Assembly (NCBI GenBank): GCA_023445705.1
Contig: JAEXKM010000475.1
Coordinates: 1 to 47,357, forward strand
Reading direction: 5' to 3'
Source of the DNA: Pseudomonadota bacterium
GTDB lineage: Bacteria > Pseudomonadota > Alphaproteobacteria > Caulobacterales > Caulobacteraceae
Length of the DNA stretch: 47,357 nucleotides
Translations under genes and position numbers: made by a program
The notes under the pieces: model-generated
What the model saw: only the letters and a program-made list of their open reading frames with translations
Told to the model about the DNA's origin: nothing
Databases searched by the model: none
Part shown: one piece after another, positions 27,229-36,812 of the stretch
Layout: each line of letters begins with the position of its first letter
Numbering within the stretch: the stretch's first letter is position 1

Positions 27229-29003
27229 CCAAGCCCTCGCAGCGAGGCCTTGCGCCGTTGTTGCGCCCCGCAGTGATGAGTTCGGCTGGTCTCTGGCTCG
27301 CAGCGGCCGCCCTCATCAGCACCCTGGCTGGCGCGCTCGCCGGCCTTTCGCCTCTGGCCCTTAAGCACCTGCTGGACATGCTGGGCCAGCCGCCCGGCCA
27401 GCAAAGCCTGGCCGCGGCGGTGATGCTCTATGGGGGCGCACTGCTGGGCCAACGCGTCGCTGAGCAAGGCCAGTCCTATCTCTGCGCCCGCGGGGAGCAT
27501 CGGTTGGCCGGCCAGGTGCGTGTGGCGGCGCTTGCATCCCTGCTGCGGCTTCCGCTGGGACGTCACCTTGGCGAGCCATCCGGCGCGCTCGGCCATGCCC
27601 TTGCAGAAGGCGTGCTGGCCTTGCGGGTCATCACCTCACACCTGGTGGCCGTGGTCGCGCCACTTTGCGCGCAACTGGTGATCGCGGCTCTGGTGATCGC
27701 ACGGGTGCTCGACGCGAGGCTCGCCCTGCCCCTGCTCCTGGCGTTGCTCGCCTATGGCGCGGCTTTCGCGGCCGGCGCCTGGCGCCTGGCCAAAGCGGCC
27801 AAGGCCGCCTTGGCGGCCGACCTTGCCGCCTCCGCCTCGGCCTTCGACAGCCTCACCAATGTCGAAGCCATCAAGCTCGCAAGCGCCGAGGCGGCGCGCG
27901 CCGGCGCCTACGCCCAGCGCCTGGCCAGGGCCGAGCGCCAATGGCGAGCGCTCCAGATGGGCCGCAGCCTCAATGGCCTCCTGGTCGCCGGCGTCTTCGC
28001 CGGGATCATGTCGCTTGGGCTCTATGTCTCGGCGCTCGACGTCCAGGCCGGCGCCTTGGAGGTGAGCGTCCTTGTGATGCTCAACCTCTACCTCCTGCAG
28101 ATCATCCGGCCGATCGAGATGCTGGGCTTTGCTGCGCGCGACATCGGCCAGGCGATGGCCCGCCTCGGCGCCCTCCAAGCCTTGCTGCGCGACGCCCCCG
28201 CCCCGTCTTTGCCTAGGCAGGCTAGGCCTGCGGGAGGACCAGCCGAACTCATCTTCGAGAAGGTCAGCTTCGCCCTGACCAAGGGCCAGGGTCTGCGGGC
28301 GGTGAGCTTCCGGGCCGAGCCGGGCCAGCTTGTCGGCGTGGTCGGAAGGTCCGGGGCCGGCAAGACCACTCTGGTGCGCCTGGCCTGCGGTCTGCTGGCG
28401 CCGGACGAAGGGGAGGTGCGGCTCGATAGCCGGCCTCTCAGGATGGATATCAACACCCTTGCCGGGCAAATCGCCGTGGTGGCGCAAGATCCGGTCCTGC
28501 TGAACGACACCCTGGCCGCCAACATCGCCCTGGCTCGCCCGGACGCCTCGGACGAGGCGCTGAGGGCGGCCGCCCGCGCAGCTGGGCTCAGCGGGCGGCT
28601 GGCCGATCTTTCCGTGCAGGTCGGAGCGCGCGGCCTCAATCTCTCCGGCGGTGAGCGGCGGCGGGTGGCCCTGGCCCGGGCCATGCTGGGCGATGCGGGA
28701 CTGCTCATCCTCGATGAGCCGACCGCAGGTCTGGATGCTTTGGGCGAGGACGAGATGCTCCAGCAGCTTGTGAGCGTCTGTCGCGATCGGACCTGCCTGC
28801 TCGTCACTCACCGCCTGGCCTTGGTCCGAAAGGCCGATCAGATCCTGGTCCTGGACGCCGGGCGCATCGTTGAACGCGGCGCGCACGATGAGCTTATCGC
28901 AATCGGCGGCCTCTATGCTGAGCTCTGGGAAGCTCAATCGCCCGACTTCCAGGCGCGATCATGCGCTCGCCCCTTGCCAAGCGCTGGCGATGTGGGAGCG
29001 TGA
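27225..29003 (+). CDS. ABC exporter, fused TMD-NBD (Atm1/MsbA-like)
   Basis: N-terminal TM domain; GRSGAGKT, LSGGE, LILDEPT, VTHR. Confidence 0.92.
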   Translation: MTKPSQRGLAPLLRPAVMSSAGLWLAAAALISTLAGALAGLSPLALKHLLDMLGQPPGQQSLAAAVMLYGGALLGQRVAEQGQSYLCARGEHRLAGQVRVAALASLLRLPLGRHLGEPSGALGHALAEGVLALRVITSHLVAVVAPLCAQLVIAALVIARVLDARLALPLLLALLAYGAAFAAGAWRLAKAAKAALAADLAASASAFDSLTNVEAIKLASAEAARAGAYAQRLARAERQWRALQMGRSLNGLLVAGVFAGIMSLGLYVSALDVQAGALEVSVLVMLNLYLLQIIRPIEMLGFAARDIGQAMARLGALQALLRDAPAPSLPRQARPAGGPAELIFEKVSFALTKGQGLRAVSFRAEPGQLVGVVGRSGAGKTTLVRLACGLLAPDEGEVRLDSRPLRMDINTLAGQIAVVAQDPVLLNDTLAANIALARPDASDEALRAAARAAGLSGRLADLSVQVGARGLNLSGGERRRVALARAMLGDAGLLILDEPTAGLDALGEDEMLQQLVSVCRDRTCLLVTHRLALVRKADQILVLDAGRIVERGAHDELIAIGGLYAELWEAQSPDFQARSCARPLPSAGDVGA

Positions 29004-29024
29004 GTTCTGGCGGGGAGGAATGCG

Positions 29025-29618
29025 ATGCGGGTGCGGCCGGCGGTCAGGAGCGATCTCGCCAAGCTCGCCTCCTGTGACTACTCGTTCCCGATCACCGAAG
29101 TGGCGCTCGGGCCGTTCGACCGGGAAAAGGTCAGCGATCGGACGATCGACGTCCCCCCGCACCGCAAAACCTATGACTTCTCAAGCGAGGCCCTGGGCGG
29201 CCATCTGGAGCGCCCCGAACATCAGCTGTTCGTCGCCGAAGAGATCGTCGGCCAGCCGGTCGGATACGCCGCCGCCTCGGTCGCCTGGAACCGCTTCGTC
29301 AGTGTCGATGACCTGGCGATCGACGCCGCCAATCGGCGCGCGGGGGCTGGCCGCAGGCTGATGGACATTGTTGTGGCCTGGGCCGATCGCATGAAGGCGC
29401 CGGGCCTGCGCCTGGAAACCCAGGCCAACAACGTGGCCGCCTGCCGCTTCTACGAGAGCTATGGTTTCGTGCTGGGCGGTCACGACCGCCACCTCTATGC
29501 CGGCATGGTCGCCAACGCCCATGAGGTGGCGCTCTTCTGGTACTTCTTCTTCGGCGCCCCCATCGAGATGAACGGCGGGCCAGCGGATCACGCTAGGGAT
29601 AGCTCGCCGTCAGGGTGA
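29025..29618 (+). CDS. GNAT acetyltransferase (streptothricin acetyltransferase-like)
   Basis: WNRFVSVDDLAI, RRAGAGRRL, LETQANNVAACRFYESYGF.LGG.D..LY, ALFWY. Confidence 0.85.
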   Translation: MRVRPAVRSDLAKLASCDYSFPITEVALGPFDREKVSDRTIDVPPHRKTYDFSSEALGGHLERPEHQLFVAEEIVGQPVGYAAASVAWNRFVSVDDLAIDAANRRAGAGRRLMDIVVAWADRMKAPGLRLETQANNVAACRFYESYGFVLGGHDRHLYAGMVANAHEVALFWYFFFGAPIEMNGGPADHARDSSPSG

Positions 29619-30276
29619 AGGTCTCGGCCAGGGCGACAAGCTCTGGCAGACGGCGCCGCCGCATCGTCATGTGGGCCGCCAGGACCATCACGGCCTCGTC
29701 CAGATCGCCGCGCGAAAGCGCCAGGCCAAAGATGGCCAGCTCTTTGCGCGCCAGCTGCAACGTCGAGGGCGAGCCAAGATCCAGGGACCGGACAAGGCTC
29801 GTCCGGTCCAGCCAGAGCGGCACGAGCTGAGCGATCACGCCGTTGCCGCGCGCCTTGGCAAGGTCCAGGGCCACCTGCGCCAATTGTTGCTCGACCTGGG
29901 CGGCGCTCTCGGCCTCAGCGCGCGCGAGGCGAGCCAGCGCAGTCAGCGCGGGCTGCTGGACGCCGGACTCAAGGCAGCCCCGCAGATGCAGAAAGAGCAC
30001 ATCGTGCAGGTCGGCCTGCTCCTCAAGCGTGATCGGCTTGATGAAGTAGCCGCGGCTGGCCTCCCAGTGCAGAAAGCCCTCGGCCGCAAGCCGCACCAGC
30101 GCCTCACGGATCGGGGTCTCGCTGATCCGGAAACTGGTCGCAAGGTTGGTGGGCGACAGACGCCGGCCAGGCCGCAGGCGTCCTTGCCTCACCGCCCGGC
30201 GGATGTGCTCGTAGGCCGAGGCCGACTTGCCGAGCAGATCTGTAGAAATCGGGAAGGCGTCCACGGTTGGGTCCAC
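29593..30276 (-). CDS. GntR-family regulator
   Basis: AYEHIRR..L.PG.RL...LA...ISETPIREALVRLAAEG. Confidence 0.88.
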   Translation of the reverse strand: MDPTVDAFPISTDLLGKSASAYEHIRRAVRQGRLRPGRRLSPTNLATSFRISETPIREALVRLAAEGFLHWEASRGYFIKPITLEEQADLHDVLFLHLRGCLESGVQQPALTALARLARAEAESAAQVEQQLAQVALDLAKARGNGVIAQLVPLWLDRTSLVRSLDLGSPSTLQLARKELAIFGLALSRGDLDEAVMVLAAHMTMRRRRLPELVALAETFTLTASYP

Positions 30277-30336
30277 CTGAGCGGCCGTTCCGCCCTGCGC
30301 CGGACTCTAGGCTGTCGTGGCGCCTCATTTAACCCG

Positions 30337-31311
30337 TCAGAAATACCCATCGCCCTGGGTGAGGTCGCAGGTCCGGTAGCCGCCTTGCGTCCACGCCTCC
30401 ACGCGCAGCAACCCCTCCAGCCGCCGTCCGCTCGGCGTTCGCTTGAGAAACACGATCAGGTCGATCGCTTGGCCGATGGACCGGCAGGGCGGCTGCGCCA
30501 CCGCCTCCCCCATCAGGTCTTCCAGCCGCCAGAGCGCCTCAAAGGCGCTGTTGGCGTGCAGGGTCGCCAGACCGCCAGGATGGCCGGTGTTCCAGGCCTT
30601 GATCAGGTCCAGCGCGCTGGCGTCCCGCACCTCCCCGATGACGATCCTGTCGGGCCGCAGCCGCAGGGCGGCGCGCACCAGATCGCTCATATTGATGGCG
30701 GGAGCGCTTGGCCGGGTGAGCAGGGCCAGCTGGTCGGGCGCCGCGCACTGCAGCTCGGCGGTGTCTTCGATCAGGACGACCCGGTCTTGGGAAAAGGCCG
30801 GCAAGGCCAGAATCGCGTTGGCGAGGGTCGTCTTGCCGCTGCCGGCGCCGCCGACCACCAGGATGTTGGCCCTGGTCGCCGCCGCGCCCGCAAGGCATGC
30901 CGATTGGCCAGGGGTGATGATCCCCTGCTCGACATAGCTTTCCAGGCTGAAGATCGCCGCCGGCCGCTTGCGGATCGCAAAGCTCGGACGCCTCGAAAGC
31001 GGCGCGCACACCCCCTGGAAACGCTCGCCGGTGACCGGCAGCACGGCGCTCAGCAGCGGATGCTCGGCATTGACCACTTGGCCGGCATGGTCAGCCACTA
31101 GGCGCAGCACCCGCTCGGCCGCGGAGGCGTCCAGCCAGGCGCCGGTAAAAACTCTGCCGGCGCGCGCCCCGTCGGTCCAGATCGCTCCATCGGGATTGAC
31201 GATCACCTGCACGACGTCGGGATCAGCCAGGGCGCTCGCAATCACCGGGCCCATCGCCTGACCCAAGGCTTGGAGCTTGCGCGCCTGCGCCTCCTGCGGG
31301 ACCGCGCTCAC
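30337..31311 (-). CDS. trbB: P-type conjugative ATPase TrbB/VirB11
   Basis: GGAGSGKTT, IEDTAELQC, LRLRPDRIVIGEVR, WNTGHPGG..TLHAN. Confidence 0.92.
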   Translation of the reverse strand: MSAVPQEAQARKLQALGQAMGPVIASALADPDVVQVIVNPDGAIWTDGARAGRVFTGAWLDASAAERVLRLVADHAGQVVNAEHPLLSAVLPVTGERFQGVCAPLSRRPSFAIRKRPAAIFSLESYVEQGIITPGQSACLAGAAATRANILVVGGAGSGKTTLANAILALPAFSQDRVVLIEDTAELQCAAPDQLALLTRPSAPAINMSDLVRAALRLRPDRIVIGEVRDASALDLIKAWNTGHPGGLATLHANSAFEALWRLEDLMGEAVAQPPCRSIGQAIDLIVFLKRTPSGRRLEGLLRVEAWTQGGYRTCDLTQGDGYF

Positions 31312-33230
31312 GGCCAGCTTTCGTCATGGGAGAGATCGCAGACTGTGAGCACCGCCTGGGCCGAAGGCTGCGTCTCTCGGGCCGGCGCCTGCAAAGGCCT
31401 TTGCGCCTCGCCCACGGGCCGCACGCCCAGCCAGTCGATCTGCGGCGGCGGGGGAAGATCGGCCTGGCCGCGACGCTGGATCCAACGCGCCCGTTCACCG
31501 CCGAAATGATTGCGCGCCCGAGCCGCCAGTCCCGGCTCGGCATAGTAACGCAGCTTCTCGGTCACGAAGGGCCGGGCGTTGTTGACGAACAGAAACTGCC
31601 GGTCGGCCGCCAGGCCGCGGACATCCTGTTCGCCAAGGATGTAGCGCTCGGCCTCGGACCGGCTGCGGGTGCGATGGCCCTTGCCCAGCAGCGCCCGCGG
31701 CTCGCTGAAGCTCTCGCGCATCTCCAGGGACTTGCCCGCGCGGCGGATCACCCGGTCGATGCTTTCAGGCTCTGAGGTCGCAAACGCCACGGTGATATGG
31801 CAGTTGTCGAAGATCGAACTGCGCGAGCCATAAGCCTTGGCGATGTCGTTGAAGCTCTGGCAGATCAGGTGTGCGCTCAAGCCATAGCCGGCCATCTCGC
31901 CCAGCGCATTTTCCAGGAACGGCAGCGCCCCCAGCTTCGGAAATTCGTCCAGCATCATCAGCACCCGGTGACGCTTCGGCCGGCCGCGGTGATCGGTGTC
32001 CAGGTGCTCCATCAGTGAGCTGAACGACTGGCGCAGGAAGACCCGCGCCAGAAAGGCCAGCCGGTCGGCATGGGCCTGCGGGGTGATCAGGTAGCAGCTC
32101 ACCGGCGTGGCTGCGCAGGCCAGGTCGGCGACGCAGAAATCCGACCAGCTGGTGGCCGCATCCACCAACGGATCCGCCCAGAGCGCCAACGACTTCTGGG
32201 CGGTGGCCAGCACGCTCGAGCGGACCCTGGGTTCCATGCCCCGCAGCGCCATGGCCCCGAGCCGCACCTCCGGATGGGTCTCGGGGATGGCCGCGCCGGT
32301 CTTGTCCCGCGCCAATCCCTCAGGATCGGCCCCGTCCGGCCGCCAGCGATGGCGGACGCTGACCATTGCTTCCAGTGTCGGCTCGATGTCGATGAGCAGC
32401 CGCCGGACAAACCCGAGGTTCTTATCCTTGTCCTCGGCCGCATAGAGCACATGCAGGATGAGCCCCACGAAGAAGCTGGCCGCGCTCTGGTCGAAGAAAT
32501 CCAGCTGGCCCTGCCGGGCGCCCAGAGGATCGACCAGGATGCCGACGATGTTCTGCACGTCGGCCACCTCCATGGGGCCCTTGCGGACCTCAAACAGCGG
32601 GTTCCAGCGTGCGGTGTCTGGATCCGAGGGCGCAAAATAGAAGGTGTGGGAGATGCGCTTCCGGTGATCGGCGGTGATGTGCCAGAGCTCGCCCTTCCGG
32701 TCGTAGACGAAGACGCTCTGGTCCCAGTTGAGCAAGGTGGGCGCCACATGCCCTGCCCCCTTGCCCGAGCGCGAGGCCCCGATGATCAGGCAGTGCTCGA
32801 TCCCCTTGAAGGTCAGCAACCGCCCCTCCAGGCGGCCGAGCACCCGCCCAGAGGTCTTCTCGCCGTTCACAAGCTGCGCACGCCGCGCGTCCGCCAGGTC
32901 GCCCCAGGCCCCCGTCCCGAACGGGGCGGGCGCGGCGACGCCCCGCCCTGTCAGCGCCCCGGCCAGGCCGACCGGGAGCAGCAGCGCCCCAAGGCCTGCG
33001 AGCAAGGCCAGCTCGAACGCCTCGGGATAGGCCCGGCCATAGAGCAGGCACCAGCCGATCACCGACCAGGGCGGGTAGAGCGGCAGACCAAAAGCCGTCG
33101 TCCAGGAGGCGCCCAACCCGCTAGCGTACTCAAGCCCGTGGGCGGCCAATTGCGTGCCGATCGCTAAACCAGCCAGGCCCCCTGCGCCGCTGACACTAAG
33201 CAGCAGCCCTGCCCGCCTGCGCCCTTCCAT
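31308..33230 (-). CDS. traG: Type IV coupling protein TraG/VirD4
   Basis: N-terminal TMs, SRSGKG, DRKGE, WNPL.EVR, MLDEFP.LG, QS...I...YG. Confidence 0.92.
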   Translation of the reverse strand: MEGRRRAGLLLSVSGAGGLAGLAIGTQLAAHGLEYASGLGASWTTAFGLPLYPPWSVIGWCLLYGRAYPEAFELALLAGLGALLLPVGLAGALTGRGVAAPAPFGTGAWGDLADARRAQLVNGEKTSGRVLGRLEGRLLTFKGIEHCLIIGASRSGKGAGHVAPTLLNWDQSVFVYDRKGELWHITADHRKRISHTFYFAPSDPDTARWNPLFEVRKGPMEVADVQNIVGILVDPLGARQGQLDFFDQSAASFFVGLILHVLYAAEDKDKNLGFVRRLLIDIEPTLEAMVSVRHRWRPDGADPEGLARDKTGAAIPETHPEVRLGAMALRGMEPRVRSSVLATAQKSLALWADPLVDAATSWSDFCVADLACAATPVSCYLITPQAHADRLAFLARVFLRQSFSSLMEHLDTDHRGRPKRHRVLMMLDEFPKLGALPFLENALGEMAGYGLSAHLICQSFNDIAKAYGSRSSIFDNCHITVAFATSEPESIDRVIRRAGKSLEMRESFSEPRALLGKGHRTRSRSEAERYILGEQDVRGLAADRQFLFVNNARPFVTEKLRYYAEPGLAARARNHFGGERARWIQRRGQADLPPPPQIDWLGVRPVGEAQRPLQAPARETQPSAQAVLTVCDLSHDESWP

Positions 33231-33331
33231 CGGCCCCTCCTCCGCCAAATCCAGGGGCGCAGTTCAAACTGCGCGGCCGGCCGCGCCAATTCCGGAGAAA
33301 TCGGGAAAGAGCCCCGCGATCTTCTCGGCCG

Positions 33332-34822
33332 CTAGCGATCTGGCCAAGGGCCCAGGGGCCGGGACGCACGCAGGACCTTATCCAGGGCGGCCTGCTGAGC
33401 GGCGGGGCCATGGGCCTGCAAGGCCGCCACGACGCGGCGATCAACCTCTCGAACCGCCTGCCCCACCCCAAGACGCATCTGCGAGGGGGCCGCCATGACC
33501 TCCTGGCCAAGCTCGCGGGCCACCAGCAGCTTGGTGCGGGTTCTCGCCACCTGCTCGATCCGGCGGTCTGCGCGCTTGATCTTGCGCTCAAGCGTGCGCC
33601 GCTCGCGCTCGGCCCCGTCCTTGGCCTGCTGGCCCGGATGCAGGCGGGCGGCCACATAGGCTTTTCCAGCCGCAGAGGCCAGCCAATCACGGCGGACCCG
33701 CCAGGCCGCATCGGCCGCCGCCAACGCCTGCCGATCCCGCGTCAGCCGATTGAGTTCGGCATGGGCGGCCCAGACCATCCGGCCAGGCTGGCTGATCCAT
33801 CGCGCAAGGCTCTGACGCTTGCGTCGCGAAGCCTCGATGCGAGCCTGGCTGCGCAGGAGCCTGGCCTGGGCCGCTCGCCGCATCCGAAGGCTTTCACCCA
33901 ACACCTCTTGCGCCACCTCACGGCCACTTGGCCGCTCAGGAACGGCGATCGCATCCAGCTGCCGGCTCCAGCCGGCGCGTTCGGCCACCATGCTTTGGTG
34001 GATGGACTGGAATTCATCGATCACCAGGCCGATCGGGTAGGCCTTGGCCTCTGCCCTCGCGGCCATCTGGTCTTCCAGCGCCGCGATCTCCTGTGGCCGG
34101 CGAAGCCTTTCGGCGTTGCGTTCGGCGATCTTGCGGTTGGTCTCGCCCCGATCCGAGGCCTCGCCGCGCCGCTCCATGGCCGAGGCCGCAGGCCCAAGAT
34201 GCACCGTTGGCTCCCGGCCCTCGCCTTGGGTGCGCAGACTAAGGTGGCTCACCTGCGGCGCTTCTGGCCCCAGAACCTCGCGCAGATGCCGGTTCTGGAT
34301 CTCCGCCCACAGCACCCGCAGCTCCCGCACCACCTCTGGATTATCCCAGGCGCGGCCCTTGAGGCCGAAACCTTCGGCGCTGACCTCCCGGGTGGTGACC
34401 ATTACGTGCGCATGGTGATTGCGCGGGTCGCCGTGTGGGTCGGGACGGTGGATGGCGTAGTCGGCGATCATCCCCTTGGCGACCAGGGCCTCACCCACAA
34501 AATCGCGCAGCAGCTGGTGACGCTGGTGATCCGAAAGCTCGTGCGGCAAGGACAAAAGCACCTCGCGGGCTGTCCTGGAATCCGCCCGACGGTCGGCGGC
34601 CTCGGCCGCATTCCAGAGCCCTTCGCGTTCCAGCAGCCGGCCGGGCGTTTCGCCCGGCGCCATGATCCCAGCCACCACCACCCCGCCTCGGGCGGCGTAG
34701 TCGAAGACCATCTCCAGCCGCTCATCGCGCAGGCGAGTGGCTGAACGATAAGCAGCCGCGGCCACGGCCGAACGCCCCTCACCGCGTTTGATCGCCTGAA
34801 TTTCCAGCCGGTACTGAGCCAC
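33332..34822 (-). CDS. mobA: MobA/MobL (MOBQ) relaxase
   Basis: GTG 34822: AQYRL.I..I.RG.GRSAVAAAAYRS, LWNAAE, AREV..SLPHEL, AIH, NHHAHVM. Confidence 0.92.
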   Translation of the reverse strand: MAQYRLEIQAIKRGEGRSAVAAAAYRSATRLRDERLEMVFDYAARGGVVVAGIMAPGETPGRLLEREGLWNAAEAADRRADSRTAREVLLSLPHELSDHQRHQLLRDFVGEALVAKGMIADYAIHRPDPHGDPRNHHAHVMVTTREVSAEGFGLKGRAWDNPEVVRELRVLWAEIQNRHLREVLGPEAPQVSHLSLRTQGEGREPTVHLGPAASAMERRGEASDRGETNRKIAERNAERLRRPQEIAALEDQMAARAEAKAYPIGLVIDEFQSIHQSMVAERAGWSRQLDAIAVPERPSGREVAQEVLGESLRMRRAAQARLLRSQARIEASRRKRQSLARWISQPGRMVWAAHAELNRLTRDRQALAAADAAWRVRRDWLASAAGKAYVAARLHPGQQAKDGAERERRTLERKIKRADRRIEQVARTRTKLLVARELGQEVMAAPSQMRLGVGQAVREVDRRVVAALQAHGPAAQQAALDKVLRASRPLGPWPDR

Positions 34823-34945
34823 CCGTCTTCTCTCCAGCCGACGTCGGCGGGCCTCTGCAACAAGGCTCCGCCTGGGATCGCTAAGGGCCTTGGCCCTTGG
34901 CTCGACCTTGCGCGGCAAGGTCGAAGGTCGGCGCGCCGACCGCAG

Positions 34946-34974
34946 GCATTCAACGAATGCATAACTGCGCCCTT
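34946..34974 (+). other. Candidate oriT of MOBQ/RSF1010 type
   Basis: Inverted repeat GCATTC-aac-GAATGC followed by ATAACTGCGCCCTT (one mismatch to TAAGTGCGCCCT), lying between divergent mob genes. Confidence 0.8.
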
Positions 34975-35051
34975 GTCACACCAACGCTTCAACCGCTACG
35001 CTTCCCCTCGCCCCTGGTCAAGCCGCCGACCGCCACCACGGACCAAACCCC

Positions 35052-35567
35052 ATGGCCCCCGCCAGGCCCCGCGCCCGCCCCGGCAAGAACGAAACGCCCG
35101 AGCAGCGCGCCCGTCGCCTTGCGGCCCTGGCGGTCACCCTCGCCGAACGCGAACACCGCGCCGCCAGCGCCCTGGCCGCCGCCACCGGCGCCCTTCCCCG
35201 CAACCGCAGCCATGTCCTGCCGCTGGAAGCCATCGAAGACGAGACACGCCGCCTTGCGGTCTGGCAGGCGCGGGTGGAGCGGCTCGAAGCCCTGCTGGAT
35301 CGCACCGAGCGTCGCCGTGAGGCCCGGGCCAAGATCGTGCTCGGCGCAAGTCTGCTGGCCGAGGCCCGGGACGGTGATCGCGACGACCTGCTGAAAACCC
35401 TTGTGGACGTGCTGGACCGCCGGGTCCTGCGCCCCCGCGACCGCCAGGCCTTGGCCGAGACCCTCGGCCTGCCCTTGCAAGCCCTGCCCGCACGCGCCGC
35501 TCCCGAGCTTCCCGACTTCGAGGCCATGGCGGCCGCCCGGCTGGCCAAGCAGCCGCCGCCCCGCTGA
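35052..35567 (+). CDS. Mobilisation accessory protein (MobC/MobS/TraD-like)
   Basis: Divergent from the relaxase across oriT; RRREARAKIVLGA motif. Confidence 0.7.
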   Translation: MAPARPRARPGKNETPEQRARRLAALAVTLAEREHRAASALAAATGALPRNRSHVLPLEAIEDETRRLAVWQARVERLEALLDRTERRREARAKIVLGASLLAEARDGDRDDLLKTLVDVLDRRVLRPRDRQALAETLGLPLQALPARAAPELPDFEAMAAARLAKQPPPR

Positions 35568-35568
35568 C

Positions 35569-36225
35569 CTAGGGCGCCTGTCGCGCGTCCTCGGCGATCT
35601 CTCCGCTTTCCAGGACGAAGAGGCCACGAACGCCAGGATGACCCGATAGCCCGAGGGCCCCGCCCGCCGGCTTGAAGGTCTCAGCGCCGCTGGCGGGATA
35701 GAAGCTATGGTCGCCAATGACCGCGCTCGGCCGCCGTCCGCCAAAATCAACGAGGGCGGGGGAGACCGCCCCGGCCCGGGCCCGTTCGGCGACGATGGCG
35801 GGATTTTGGAAATAGAGCGCCCCGCCGGTCGGATCGGGAAGCCTGCCCTCAAGCGCCAGGTTGAGGATGACCTCGATGCGGGCGCGTTGCGTCGGCGAGA
35901 CCGGCGCCAGACGCCGCCAGTCGCCGCCAGCCCGCCACACCGGCTCAAACTGGCGCGGCGCATTGAGCACCGCCTCAATGCTCGAGCCCCAGGCCCCGCT
36001 GTCCAACCGGTTGAGCACCGTAAACACTACCCCGGCAAGGCCGCCATCCCCCTGCCCTGCCGCCTCGGCGTAGGCGACGCGCGCGATCGCCTCGCGCGCG
36101 CCCGGCGCCTCGACCTTGGCCTTCAAGGCCGCAAGTTCGGCCGAGCCTGCAGCCGTCGCCCAGACGGCGCCGACAACGGCGATCAGGACGGCGTTGAGAA
36201 CCCTGCGCCTCACCTCACCACCCAC
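35569..36225 (-). CDS. SleB-family cell wall hydrolase
   Basis: AYAEAAGQG, V.TVLNR, QFEP, DPTGGALYFQNP, IGDHSFY. Confidence 0.85.
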   Translation of the reverse strand: MGGEVRRRVLNAVLIAVVGAVWATAAGSAELAALKAKVEAPGAREAIARVAYAEAAGQGDGGLAGVVFTVLNRLDSGAWGSSIEAVLNAPRQFEPVWRAGGDWRRLAPVSPTQRARIEVILNLALEGRLPDPTGGALYFQNPAIVAERARAGAVSPALVDFGGRRPSAVIGDHSFYPASGAETFKPAGGALGLSGHPGVRGLFVLESGEIAEDARQAP

Positions 36226-36704
36226 AGGGGCCGGAAGACGCCGATCAGATCGGTGTCGCGGACCGGCCCGAAATAGCGGCTGTCGAAGCTCTTGGGGATA
36301 CGGCTCGAAAACGCGGCATATTCTCCGGCGCCCAGGACCCGGCAGCCCTGCCAGTGCGGAAGCTCGCGCCCGGCGCTGTCGCGCTCGATCACCGCCCCGA
36401 GCGCCTCGCCATCAAGGACCAGCATCTGACCTTCGATGCAAAGCTGCGCTCCAGGTCCAGCCACCAGCTCCTTGAGGATGCCGCCGCGGCCGATCTGCGG
36501 CATGTGGGCGGCGACATAGGTCCTGGCCGCGGGCGGCGGATGAAAGGCCACGAGCCGTCCCGGCCCCGGCTGCGCCAACGAGCGCACATAGAACCCGACC
36601 GGCTCGCTCGCAGATCCGTTGAAGAGAAGTAGCGGCTGCGGCGCAGCTAGGCTGGCGAGAGCGACTGCGGCCGGGAGGCAGCACCAGGCAAGACGGCGGT
36701 CCAT
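36210..36704 (-). CDS. Conjugative S26 peptidase (TraF-like)
   Basis: N.SASEPVGFY, LKELVAGPG, DSAGRELP.W.GC, SFDSRYFGPV. Confidence 0.88.
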   Translation of the reverse strand: MDRRLAWCCLPAAVALASLAAPQPLLLFNGSASEPVGFYVRSLAQPGPGRLVAFHPPPAARTYVAAHMPQIGRGGILKELVAGPGAQLCIEGQMLVLDGEALGAVIERDSAGRELPHWQGCRVLGAGEYAAFSSRIPKSFDSRYFGPVRDTDLIGVFRPLWVVR

Positions 36705-36767
36705 AGCCTGCGAGCATCAGCCGGCCGGCCAGCCTCCGGCAATTCCGCAGAACTCAGGATGTCGCGT

Positions 36768-36784
36768 CGGTCACTGAAACCCCG
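36768..36784 (+). repeat. Solo iteron copy CGGTCACTGAAACCCCG
   Basis: Identical to origin iteron 3 (39348-39364). Confidence 0.8.
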
Positions 36785-36795
36785 AACCTTGCCGA

Positions 36796-36811
36796 CTTGC
36801 CAATTGGCAAG
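36796..36811. repeat. Palindrome CTTGCCAATTGGCAAG (candidate parS)
   Basis: Directly after the parB stop; identical to three copies at 40384-40571. Confidence 0.8.
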
Positions 36812-36812
36812 C

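Noticed and set aside
29025..29618. Bona fide streptothricin resistance gene (sat)
   Set aside because: Only family-level motif similarity; no resistance context, so no gene symbol was assigned.
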